In this document: positions 1-6,888 of the stretch, piece by piece | Layout: every line of letters starts with the position of its first letter | Numbering within the stretch: the first letter of the stretch is position 1 | IMG/VR virus record: IMGVR_UViG_3300020045_009033 | Coordinates: 1 to 37,552 of that record | Reading direction: 5' to 3' (one strand) | Source: a virus | Lineage: Duplodnaviria > Caudoviricetes | Length of the DNA stretch: 37,552 nt | Notes under the pieces: model-generated | Told to the model about the DNA's origin: nothing | The model's database searches: none | What the model saw: only the letters and a program-made list of their open reading frames with translations | Position numbers and translations under genes: made by a program

Positions 1-119
1 ATTCGCTTACTATCAATGTCTGAAATCAAAAGATTAATGACCTCTGAAACCCTCATTCCTGTAGAATAAGTCATTGTAAGAAGAGCTTTGTGCTTACTAT
101 TAGTAATTTTACCTAACTG
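1..119 (-). pseudogene. Tyrosine recombinase fragment (XerD/IntI-like), 5'-interrupted at a cassette junction and running off the window
   Basis: Minus strand translates QLGKITNSKHKALLTMTYSTGMRVSEVINLLISDIDSKR, containing the box I motif Y-x-T-G-x-R-x-S-E with the catalytic Arg. The in-frame TAA at 120-122 is supplied by the cassette start G|TTAGCAAA. Confidence 0.85.
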
Positions 120-130
120 TTAGCAAACAG

Positions 131-406
131 TTATAGAAAATCACGTTTAATAAGACTATTTCTTCCGTGAAGTTCATCCATTCTATTTTGATGATTTGAT
201 GCGAAATATATTTTATTATATTGTTCAATACTGCTAAAAGTTCCATTTTTTCCAATAGTTACTTCGCCTTCATAATCGCAAAAACAGCAAGCACCACCTT
301 CATCGTATTCATCTGTGTATTTGTTTTGACAAAAAGGACAAGGTTTAGTAACCGATTTGCTAACATCCGCTTGTAGTAATTGGGTATTTGTGTTTGATTC
401 TTTCAT
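131..406 (-). CDS. Cassette 1 gene, small Cys-rich (CxxC...CxxC) putative Zn-binding protein
   Basis: ORF track; CPFC and CCFC motifs; start codon lies inside attC-like site 1. Confidence 0.7.
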   Translation of the reverse strand: MKESNTNTQLLQADVSKSVTKPCPFCQNKYTDEYDEGGACCFCDYEGEVTIGKNGTFSSIEQYNKIYFASNHQNRMDELHGRNSLIKRDFL

Positions 407-486
407 TATTTTGTACTTGTTATTATTAGTTATTAATTAGGTGTTTTGGCTTCTTTAGTCCCAACTACTACAAGCGGTGGGCGTTA
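361..486 (+). repeat. attC-like site 1
   Basis: TAACATCCGCTTGTAGTAATTGGG...CCCAACTACTACAAGCGGTGGGCGTTA inverted arms. Confidence 0.85.
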
Positions 487-494
487 TGCACAAC

Positions 495-1085
495 CTACCC
501 AAAAAGCGTAGAAAGTTTGCGTTCAACAACACATATCGTATCGTTATGGCTTCCTCCGTGAGCAACAATTAGTATTTCTATAATTTCAAATCCTTTCGTT
601 TTTCCTATTCCGTTGGTATTCCACCCGAATGTTATTACAATTGAATTTGGCTTTGTAATCCTTGCAATTTCCTTTTTCATATTTCCCCAGAAACTTGATT
701 GTGTAGTTTGCATATTTACAGTTTTACCCAGTTTTTTATAACACTCGCTTACTTGTCTTGGAGAATAAGGCGGATCATAATAAACAATATCTACACTTTC
801 ATCTTCAAAAGTTTTTAGAAAATCAATTGCATCTAAACAAAAATCCGCTTCCATTTCTGGGTCAAGGTCATTTGTTACTTTTGCAATTCTGTTTTTATTC
901 GCAAATGGGTCAATACTCAATACATTTTCATTATGATATTTATGTATTAGTCTATTAATACACTTTATGTCAAATGTATTTTTATTAGGCATTTCCCATA
1001 CACGAGAAAATAAAGGCTGTGCATAACAAGTGCTTGGAGCAATTGCCGTATCGGGCTTAATTTTAAGTTGGTTTTGTACTTGCAT
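495..1085 (-). CDS. Cassette 2 gene, DNA adenine (amino) methyltransferase
   Basis: IDPFAN motif I-like segment and DPPY motif IV; start inside attC-like site 2. Confidence 0.8.
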   Translation of the reverse strand: MQVQNQLKIKPDTAIAPSTCYAQPLFSRVWEMPNKNTFDIKCINRLIHKYHNENVLSIDPFANKNRIAKVTNDLDPEMEADFCLDAIDFLKTFEDESVDIVYYDPPYSPRQVSECYKKLGKTVNMQTTQSSFWGNMKKEIARITKPNSIVITFGWNTNGIGKTKGFEIIEILIVAHGGSHNDTICVVERKLSTLFG

Positions 1086-1150
1086 AATCTGTTTTTAATT
1101 TAAAGTTTTAGGTGTGTTTTTTCGGCAACTGCACCAAGCACCGGCCGTTA
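1024..1150 (+). repeat. attC-like site 2
   Basis: TAACAAGTGCTTGGAGCAATTGCCG...CGGCAACTGCACCAAGCACCGGCCGTTA. Confidence 0.85.
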
Positions 1151-1162
1151 TGGTGCATTGCT

Positions 1163-1381
1163 CTATTTTCGTTTAAAAAAATGATGCTGTGTTTTTGATT
1201 CGTTTTTAACACCATTAATAAAATAGACATATCCTGAACCTATGTATTCAAAATTATTTATATAAAAAGCTTTAGCATATGCTAAACTGCTATTTGAAGA
1301 ACAGGCATCATAAAAGACTATTTCGCCATCTATTAAGCATTTGGTTTCGGCTCTGTGAGTAAAAATATCTCTTTCAAACAT
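1163..1381 (-). CDS. Cassette 3 hypothetical protein
   Basis: ORF fills the cassette between GTTATGGTGC and GCACCATAAC; AT-rich leader. Confidence 0.7.
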   Translation of the reverse strand: MFERDIFTHRAETKCLIDGEIVFYDACSSNSSLAYAKAFYINNFEYIGSGYVYFINGVKNESKTQHHFFKRK

Positions 1382-1414
1382 AATATTTAGTTTTTAGCGA
1401 CCCACAACGCACCA

Positions 1415-1538
1415 TAACAGTCGTTTGTAGCAAGACTGCATTGTCTTGTGTTTGAGTGATCGGGTTTAATTTATAAATTGTTTTTTGCTTGCGTAATTGG
1501 TCTTGAATCAACGTCCTGCTACAAGCGACAGAGCGTTA
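1415..1538 (+). repeat. attC-like site 3
   Basis: TAACAGTCGTTTGTAGCAAGAC...GTCCTGCTACAAGCGACAGAGCGTTA. Confidence 0.85.
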
Positions 1539-1547
1539 CCTGCAAGG

Positions 1548-1811
1548 CTACGATAATTGGTAATTATGAAGTTTATATCTTACGAATCTAACATTTGTTT
1601 CGAGTTCAATTCTGTCAATTATCTTGTTAGCATTTCTAAAACACACCTCTGCCATTATTTTAAGAGGCATTCCATAATTCACAGTAATAACACAATCATG
1701 CATCCCTACAATAAACTTTTTCAGTTCTGGAGTTATTTTTATGCCTAATTCTTTGAGATTATTAAGGCAAATATTAACATCGGTAAAATGGATTAATAAT
1801 TCTTTTTTCAT
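1548..1811 (-). CDS. Cassette 4 hypothetical protein
   Basis: ORF fills the cassette between GTTACCTGC and GCAGGTAAC. Confidence 0.7.
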   Translation of the reverse strand: MKKELLIHFTDVNICLNNLKELGIKITPELKKFIVGMHDCVITVNYGMPLKIMAEVCFRNANKIIDRIELETNVRFVRYKLHNYQLS

Positions 1812-1861
1812 TTTGTTTAATTTTTATAATTTAATTTAGTTTTAATGATCCGCCCAGCAGG

Positions 1862-1946
1862 TAACATATGCTACAAGCTATATGCACGGCTTCATTTTTT
1901 CAGTTCACGTTTTGTGCTGGCATACAGCTTGTAGCATCAGCCGTTA
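1862..1946 (+). repeat. attC-like site 4 (short, 85 bp)
   Basis: TAACATATGCTACAAGCTATATGC...GCATACAGCTTGTAGCATCAGCCGTTA. Confidence 0.85.
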
Positions 1947-1981
1947 TAGACAATTGCTCCATTTCGTTTTCATAAGAACTT

Positions 1982-2773
1982 TTAGTTCAGATGTGGCAAT
2001 TGTTCTTTTAGATATTTATAAATCTTCCATTGCCCCAGTCTTGGAGTTGCTATATTTGGATATAATTTACACCAATCCACGCTTTTCATTAAATTTAAAA
2101 TATCTTCTTTGTATTGTTTATTATTTACAATTAAATAGTTTTCTAATGCAAATTGTCCTTGATGTTTTATCTCTTTTCCTATACTTGCGCCCCACGAACA
2201 AATACCTAAATCATATTGTTTTGGTATTTTATAACTACCGCCTCTTCTCCATTCCATAATTTCAACATCATTAAGTTTGTAATTTATAGGCTTTGTATTT
2301 ATTCCACTTTTACTACTGTAAATATTAAAACAACAAAGCAGTTTTTGACCGCTATATTCAATTAAAGGCAGTACTTCCGAATGAATTAAATCAAACTCAT
2401 ACATTTGTTGATTATTATTGTATTGGCTTACAGGTAGGATAAAAGCAACGTAATCTCCCATTGTTATTGATTTCTTGTAAAATTTAACACTCAATGTATT
2501 CCTTGAGCCAAAAGGAGGATTGCCAATAAATAACCTGTCTTTTTTATGTTGCAATTCAAGTTTCAAAAAATCTTGTTTAATAATACTTTCGTGTTCAGGT
2601 TCTAAATCGTAAGCAATACAGTTTGGTATTTGCAGACTAAATGCTCCATTACCTGCGCTTGGTTCGATTATTTCACTTATATTATTTTCTCCAATAACTT
2701 CAAGTGCCTTATCAATACAATATTTTGCAAGTTCTTTTGAAGTGTAATACTTATCTAAATTTATTTTAGCCAT
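1982..2773 (-). CDS. Cassette 5 gene, N6-adenine DNA methyltransferase
   Basis: DKYYT, IIEPSAGNGAF (SAM-binding motif I) and GNPPF (motif IV). Confidence 0.85.
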   Translation of the reverse strand: MAKINLDKYYTSKELAKYCIDKALEVIGENNISEIIEPSAGNGAFSLQIPNCIAYDLEPEHESIIKQDFLKLELQHKKDRLFIGNPPFGSRNTLSVKFYKKSITMGDYVAFILPVSQYNNNQQMYEFDLIHSEVLPLIEYSGQKLLCCFNIYSSKSGINTKPINYKLNDVEIMEWRRGGSYKIPKQYDLGICSWGASIGKEIKHQGQFALENYLIVNNKQYKEDILNLMKSVDWCKLYPNIATPRLGQWKIYKYLKEQLPHLN

Positions 2774-2805
2774 AAAGTTTTGTTTTAATTACCCACAACT
2801 GTCTA

Positions 2806-2932
2806 TAACATCGGTTATGCAAGATTTGGGTATTTGGTTTAATTTAAAGTTAAGTTTGTACCTGTAATTATTTGGCTAAATCGGAGGTTTTGGCTTACTT
2901 AATCCCAAACCTCGCATAGCCGAGAACCGTTA
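2806..2932 (+). repeat. attC-like site 5
   Basis: TAACATCGGTTATGCAAGATTTGGG...CCCAAACCTCGCATAGCCGAGAACCGTTA. Confidence 0.85.
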
Positions 2933-2973
2933 GCAAACAGCTTACGTAGTTTGCGGTCAAGCGATCTTAATTC

Positions 2974-3342
2974 TTATTGAAATTCATATTTATAATCAAT
3001 GATATTTGAATATGTAACTTGTATGTCCTTTTCGTTTGATTCTTCATCAAAATAAATTCTAACAACAACTGGCGAACCATTTAAGATGAAAATTAAGCTG
3101 CCAAAAAAATCAAACTCCTTTATTTTTTTTCTAAACTCATCACAAGCATTTTTCAATCTCTTAGTTTGTTCAAATTGTTTTATTTTATTTTTATCCCAAA
3201 CAGTTCCAACTCCTATATGAATAGGTAAATATTCCTTTAACAAAGCAATCATTTCTGATGGAGGAATATTCTCTTCAAACATTTCACTTATTGGTCTTTT
3301 TTCAAGATTTTGATAATCATTTATTATTATTTTTGCTTCCAT
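2974..3342 (-). CDS. Cassette 6 hypothetical protein
   Basis: ORF between GTTAGCAAA and TTTGCTAAC. Confidence 0.75.
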   Translation of the reverse strand: MEAKIIINDYQNLEKRPISEMFEENIPPSEMIALLKEYLPIHIGVGTVWDKNKIKQFEQTKRLKNACDEFRKKIKEFDFFGSLIFILNGSPVVVRIYFDEESNEKDIQVTYSNIIDYKYEFQ

Positions 3343-3370
3343 TTTACTCTGTGTTAAAAAGCCGATTTGC

Positions 3371-3502
3371 TAACAGGTGTTTTGCGATGATTTTCGGCAT
3401 TTGGTTTAATTTAATTATATGTGTGTACTTGGTTATTTAGGTCATAATCCGAATCTTGGTTTTGTGCCACTCCGAAAAACCTCGCAAAGCACCAATCCGT
3501 TA
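3371..3502 (+). repeat. attC-like site 6
   Basis: TAACAGGTGTTTTGCGATGATTTTCGG...CCGAAAAACCTCGCAAAGCACCAATCCGTTA. Confidence 0.85.
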
Positions 3503-3739
3503 TATGCTATGATACAAATCTGCGCTTAAAATAGTATCTCTACATTCTTTACCGCAAGTAGGGCAGTAATTTATTCTAATTTTTGTCCCTAAAATATGAG
3601 GCATTAAATATTGCTCTTCTCCTAAATGGTCTAGTTTGAACCATCCGTATTCTTTGATGTTTTGCTTGAAAAAATCACAGCATATAACATCGGTTTGCAC
3701 GCATTGTGGTATTGGGTCTGTGTTTGAATTTTTAGGCAT
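3500..3739 (-). CDS. Cassette 7 gene, small protein with INYCPTCGK Zn-ribbon-like motif
   Basis: ORF track; starts inside site 7 and its stop codon is the TTA of the site 6 core. Confidence 0.7.
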   Translation of the reverse strand: MPKNSNTDPIPQCVQTDVICCDFFKQNIKEYGWFKLDHLGEEQYLMPHILGTKIRINYCPTCGKECRDTILSADLYHSI

Positions 3740-3812
3740 AATTTAAAGTTTTAGTATTTTTGTTGATATTGTTTCTCACTCGCCACAACGACGAGCAAAC
3801 CGAATACCGTTA
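3685..3812 (+). repeat. attC-like site 7
   Basis: TAACATCGGTTTGC...TTGTGG...CCACAA...GCAAACCGAATACCGTTA. Confidence 0.8.
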
Positions 3813-3816
3813 GTAG

Positions 3817-3984
3817 CTATTTAAACATCGTTTTGTGTATAACGACATCATTTAGCCGAATCGGAAATTTAAGGCGTGCTAATGTGTGATATTTCAGTTT
3901 TTCACATTCACAGCACTTTTTTAAGTTTCCATACGTTTCTATTCTTTCGCCTTGAATAAACACTATTATTGATTGTCTTTGCAT
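3817..3984 (-). CDS. Cassette 8 gene 3, 55-aa possible HTH/NUMOD1-like DNA-binding protein (not in ORF track)
   Basis: Hand translation MQRQSIIVFIQGERIETYGNLKKCCECEKLKYHTLARLKFP...; coupled to the stop of the upstream gene. Confidence 0.55.
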   Translation of the reverse strand: MQRQSIIVFIQGERIETYGNLKKCCECEKLKYHTLARLKFPIRLNDVVIHKTMFK

Positions 3985-3986
3985 AA

Positions 3987-4304
3987 TTAAATATTTATCG
4001 AATAAATAATACTATTCCAAAAGCCTTGCGCCATAGTTGGCGATTTATTTGGATGAACTACATTTTCTTCATTTACAATAAAACCATCTTTTTTAAGTGA
4101 TTTGATTATTTTTATCCACTCTTCAAATACCTTATGAGTTTTATCTTTATTTCCGCATCCTGCTCTATATCCAACCTCTACTTTTTGACCATTTATTAAG
4201 TTTAAATAATCTCTTTGTATTTGAGTGGAATTATAACCGCAAATCAATGGTTCTTTTTGATTTGCGGTTTCTAATGTTTTAAGTGTTTTTTCTGAAATTT
4301 TCAT
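3987..4304 (-). CDS. Cassette 8 gene 2, hypothetical protein
   Basis: ORF track; tightly packed operon. Confidence 0.7.
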   Translation of the reverse strand: MKISEKTLKTLETANQKEPLICGYNSTQIQRDYLNLINGQKVEVGYRAGCGNKDKTHKVFEEWIKIIKSLKKDGFIVNEENVVHPNKSPTMAQGFWNSIIYSINI

Positions 4305-4305
4305 A

Positions 4306-4518
4306 TTACATATAAGTTTTTAAAGCGTTATATTTTTCAATTATTATATCAAGTGTTTTTTTATCAACCCAATAATTAAAAGGAATATTGAAACAAGGAG
4401 TTCCTTTGTATTCTACAACGTTGTTTCCTCCTAAATTTTTTCCTGCTTCAGATATTTCAATATAAGATTTAACTTGATATTTGTTATTCATTGATGTTGG
4501 GCTGTAAAATGTTGTCAT
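4306..4518 (-). CDS. Cassette 8 gene 1, hypothetical protein (likely start MTTFYS at 4518)
   Basis: The ORF-track start at 4548 overlaps the promoter; the ATG at 4518 follows an A-rich leader. Confidence 0.65.
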   Translation of the reverse strand: MTTFYSPTSMNNKYQVKSYIEISEAGKNLGGNNVVEYKGTPCFNIPFNYWVDKKTLDIIIEKYNALKTYM

Positions 4519-4539
4519 AATTTCTATTTGTTTGATTTT

Positions 4540-4572
4540 GTTATACAAATATACGACATATTTTTGTATAAC
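4540..4572 (-). promoter_or_regulatory. Bacteroidota-type -7 promoter (TATATTTG) inside a 10-bp inverted repeat (operator-like)
   Basis: CAAATATA at 4546-4553; GTTATACAAA at 4540-4549 and TTTGTATAAC at 4563-4572. Confidence 0.6.
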
Positions 4573-4625
4573 CTAATAAAATTACAAATATTTTTAAAAT
4601 AAATGTAAATTAGATAAACAGCTAC

Positions 4626-4749
4626 TAACAATTGCTATAAAACAGTTGGGTATTGTGATTAATTTAAACATTTGGACTATCCGAATGCTTGGGTCTTGGC
4701 TCGAAATTTTGGGAATTTCTACCCCAACCGTCTTATAGCAAAAACGTTA
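4626..4749 (+). repeat. attC-like site 8
   Basis: TAACAATTGCTATAAAACAGTTGGG...CCCAACCGTCTTATAGCAAAAACGTTA. Confidence 0.85.
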
Positions 4750-4756
4750 GTGGTAA

Positions 4757-5212
4757 TTATAAAGACGTTTTGTTTTCCAAAAGACAATTTTTGTTTATTA
4801 ATTCCCTATTCACTTTTTGCAATTTTTTAACTTCTATATTTAGTCTTTTGTTTTCATTACTTCTCATTAAATAGAGTTCATCTAGCCTCGATGCTTTATC
4901 TAATTTATCAAACCTTTCTTTCATTTTTTTATACTTTTCAAACCATTGTTCTCCACCATTTTTTAAAGTTCGTTGATGCTTTTCATCCTCTAGTTCGTGG
5001 ATATAAGCTATTGATTTTCCTAGTTCTATCTCTACTTCAGTTAATTTTTTAGATAACGCAGCCACAGTTTCGTCTTTACTGTACGCTCTTTTTAAAGTAA
5101 TTAAAACCCTATCGAAATAACTACCACTAACACTCGTTTGGCTCAATGCCTTATTTTCGTTTATCTCGTTTTTCATCACGTTTATTTTTAAATTAGAAAT
5201 TATTATTTTCAT
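4757..5212 (-). CDS. Cassette 9 coiled-coil hypothetical protein (start 5212 or 5176, both inside site 9)
   Basis: ORF track; E/K/L-rich heptad pattern. Confidence 0.7.
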   Translation of the reverse strand: MKIIISNLKINVMKNEINENKALSQTSVSGSYFDRVLITLKRAYSKDETVAALSKKLTEVEIELGKSIAYIHELEDEKHQRTLKNGGEQWFEKYKKMKERFDKLDKASRLDELYLMRSNENKRLNIEVKKLQKVNRELINKNCLLENKTSL

Positions 5213-5244
5213 AACTCGGCACTAAGCCAAGCGAGGGAACGTTA
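5128..5244 (+). repeat. attC-like site 9
   Basis: TAACACTCGTTTGGCTCAATGCC...GGCACTAAGCCAAGCGAGGGAACGTTA. Confidence 0.85.
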
Positions 5245-5252
5245 GGGAACAG

Positions 5253-5501
5253 CTATGCCCCACGATGGTCAATGCGATAAGGACGTTCTTTGATGCCATT
5301 TTCATAAAGCAATTCGTTTGCTTCATCAAGTTTTTGTTGAATGTAACATTTACGTTCTCTTATCGGTTGTGCTTTTTCGTCTAATATTCGTCTAATATCT
5401 TGTAAAAGCGAACCATTAATTTTTCCTGTTTTAGCTATGTAATTGAAATTACTTTCGTTTACCGTAATACTTGCGATTAATTCCTCGTTTGTTTTATCCA
5501 T
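5253..5501 (-). CDS. Cassette 10 hypothetical protein (likely start MDKTNEE)
   Basis: ORF track 5253..5534; internal ATG at 5501 preferred; partly duplicated at 37381-37552. Confidence 0.65.
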   Translation of the reverse strand: MDKTNEELIASITVNESNFNYIAKTGKINGSLLQDIRRILDEKAQPIRERKCYIQQKLDEANELLYENGIKERPYRIDHRGA

Positions 5502-5528
5502 TTTGTTGTAAATATTTAGCCGATTCCC

Positions 5529-5658
5529 TAACAAGTGATATGAGCGATTTTCGGCATTAGTGATTATTGATTTATTGTTTTGTACTTGGTATTATTTTGG
5601 TTCAGCGGAAGGATAGTTTTTGGCTACTCCGAAAATCCTCTCATATCATCGACCGTTA
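5529..5658 (+). repeat. attC-like site 10
   Basis: TAACAAGTGATATGAGCGATTTTCGG...CCGAAAATCCTCTCATATCATCGACCGTTA. Confidence 0.85.
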
Positions 5659-5925
5659 TCACTCAGCTTTGGAGCAACTTTTCGGACATTCATACTTTAT
5701 ACTTTTTTTAATTGATTTTCTTAAAAGAAAAAGCGAGTCTTTATATTCTTGTATGCTTTCTAAATCTAAAGGTCTATTGCCTATAAAATCAATTATTCCA
5801 TTTTCAACAAAATAAATTACATAGCAAAATTCTTTATTTTGTTTTTCGTAAAACTGCCATTTAACAATTTCAAATCGTTTATTTTTTCCTATACATTTTC
5901 TTAATTCTAAATTTCTAACTCTCAT
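5659..5925 (-). CDS. Cassette 11 hypothetical protein (likely start MRVRNLE)
   Basis: ORF track 5659..5958; lies between GTTATCACT and AGTGATAAC. Confidence 0.65.
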   Translation of the reverse strand: MRVRNLELRKCIGKNKRFEIVKWQFYEKQNKEFCYVIYFVENGIIDFIGNRPLDLESIQEYKDSLFLLRKSIKKSIKYECPKSCSKAE

Positions 5926-5952
5926 ATTTAGTGTAATAAAAAGCCGAAGTGA

Positions 5953-6079
5953 TAACATATGTTAACCGCTATTCAGGCTTTAGGTTAAATTTAATTGTTC
6001 GTTTTTTGTCTGTAAGATTTGTAATAATCCGAAAGTCTAGGCTTACTTTTCCTGAACATCGGTTAGCATCCTAACCATA
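5953..6079 (+). repeat. attC-like site 11, degenerate right core (CCATAG instead of CGTTA)
   Basis: TAACATATGTTAACCGCTATTCAGG...CCTGAACATCGGTTAGCATCCTAACCATAG. Confidence 0.7.
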
Positions 6080-6088
6080 GCAGCAATG

Positions 6089-6316
6089 CTACGAATTTGC
6101 CTCTAAAATACATTTCATCTGCAATTTTGCCCATTCTCTAGCTTTTTCATAGTCATTTTCATTTGGCGTTCTAAATATAGAACCAAACTCTTTATTTAAT
6201 AATCTTAAATGCATTTTTTCTCCATCTCTAAAAACAGAAACTTTATAAATTTCGGCTTGTACTTTACCAAAACTTGGAAAAATTGAAAACCCATATTCTT
6301 TGCCGTTTACTATCAT
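6089..6316 (-). CDS. Hypothetical protein
   Basis: ORF track; AT-rich leader. Confidence 0.65.
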   Translation of the reverse strand: MIVNGKEYGFSIFPSFGKVQAEIYKVSVFRDGEKMHLRLLNKEFGSIFRTPNENDYEKAREWAKLQMKCILEANS

Positions 6317-6368
6317 AAAATATTTAGTTTTAAGTTACCGAGGATTACTCGATAACTTGATTTTTAAT

Positions 6369-6488
6369 TTAATTGTTCGCTACTATTCGGAAAGCCTCGA
6401 CAATTCTTTCGTTGTCGTTTAAATAGATATTGTTCATTTTACGCAACCATTCATAAAAGCGAGATACGTTTGATTCTTCTGTTTTCAT
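6369..6488 (-). CDS. 39-aa hypothetical protein (not in ORF track)
   Basis: MKTEESNVSRFYEWLRKMNNIYLNDNERIVEAFRIVANN, directly downstream of the leftward promoter. Confidence 0.5.
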   Translation of the reverse strand: MKTEESNVSRFYEWLRKMNNIYLNDNERIVEAFRIVANN

Positions 6489-6512
6489 AATTCCTATTTT
6501 TAAAGTTTAAAG

Positions 6513-6520
6513 CAAAGATA
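6513..6520 (-). promoter_or_regulatory. Leftward Bacteroidota -7 promoter element TATCTTTG in the divergent control region
   Basis: CAAAGATA on +, 25 nt upstream of the ATG at 6488, at the strand switch point. Confidence 0.6.
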
Positions 6521-6662
6521 TAACTTATTTTGATATATTGGTTGTTGTTGTTATAATTTATAATGTTTCTAAATTACGTTATTTTTTGTTGTTATTGTTG
6601 TTTATGTGAAATTTAGTTGTATCTTTACACCATAGAAATAACAAATAAAAAAAACAGAAATT

Positions 6663-6848
6663 ATGAAAACTTTTAAAACACCAAAAACAGTAACAGTTAC
6701 GAAATCATTTTGTTTAGGTACATTTCAAAAAGACACTTATTATACAGGTGTAATCGGAGAAGAATTTACAGCAATAGCCGAAACAAAAGTTTACTACATT
6801 ACAACAAACGAAAAAAATAATAAACTACCAAAATGGGCTACCGAATAG
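6663..6848 (+). CDS. Hypothetical early protein
   Basis: ORF track; A-rich leader; hairpin AAATGGGCTA-CCGAA-TAGCCCATTT overlaps the stop. Confidence 0.65.
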   Translation: MKTFKTPKTVTVTKSFCLGTFQKDTYYTGVIGEEFTAIAETKVYYITTNEKNNKLPKWATE

Positions 6849-6888
6849 CCCATTTAAAAAAAATATAAATATTCAAAACCAATAAAAA

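Larger units (their letters stand above)
119..6079 (+). mobile_element. Integron-like gene cassette array, left segment (11 cassettes, 11 attC-like sites)
   Basis: Small ORFs alternate with TAAC...GTTA imperfect palindromes; each cassette has its own complementary flanks. Confidence 0.85.

Noticed and set aside
1-119. Conventional prophage integrase with host boundary
   Set aside because: No host genes, tRNA or att core duplication is visible. The lifestyle cannot be called from a 39-codon fragment.
758-5815. Plus-strand ORFs in the array (758, 1557, 1882, 3258, 4689, 5567)
   Set aside because: They overlap better minus-strand genes or the sites themselves and have atypical composition.
361-6079. 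CRISPR array or simple tandem repeat
   Set aside because: The units are divergent 70-132-bp palindromes separated by whole genes, not identical short repeats with spacers, and no cas genes are present.
361-6079. Palindromes as ordinary intrinsic terminators or REP elements
   Set aside because: They have long loops, no U tract and fixed AAC/GTT ends. Neither class explains the cassette-specific flank complementarity.
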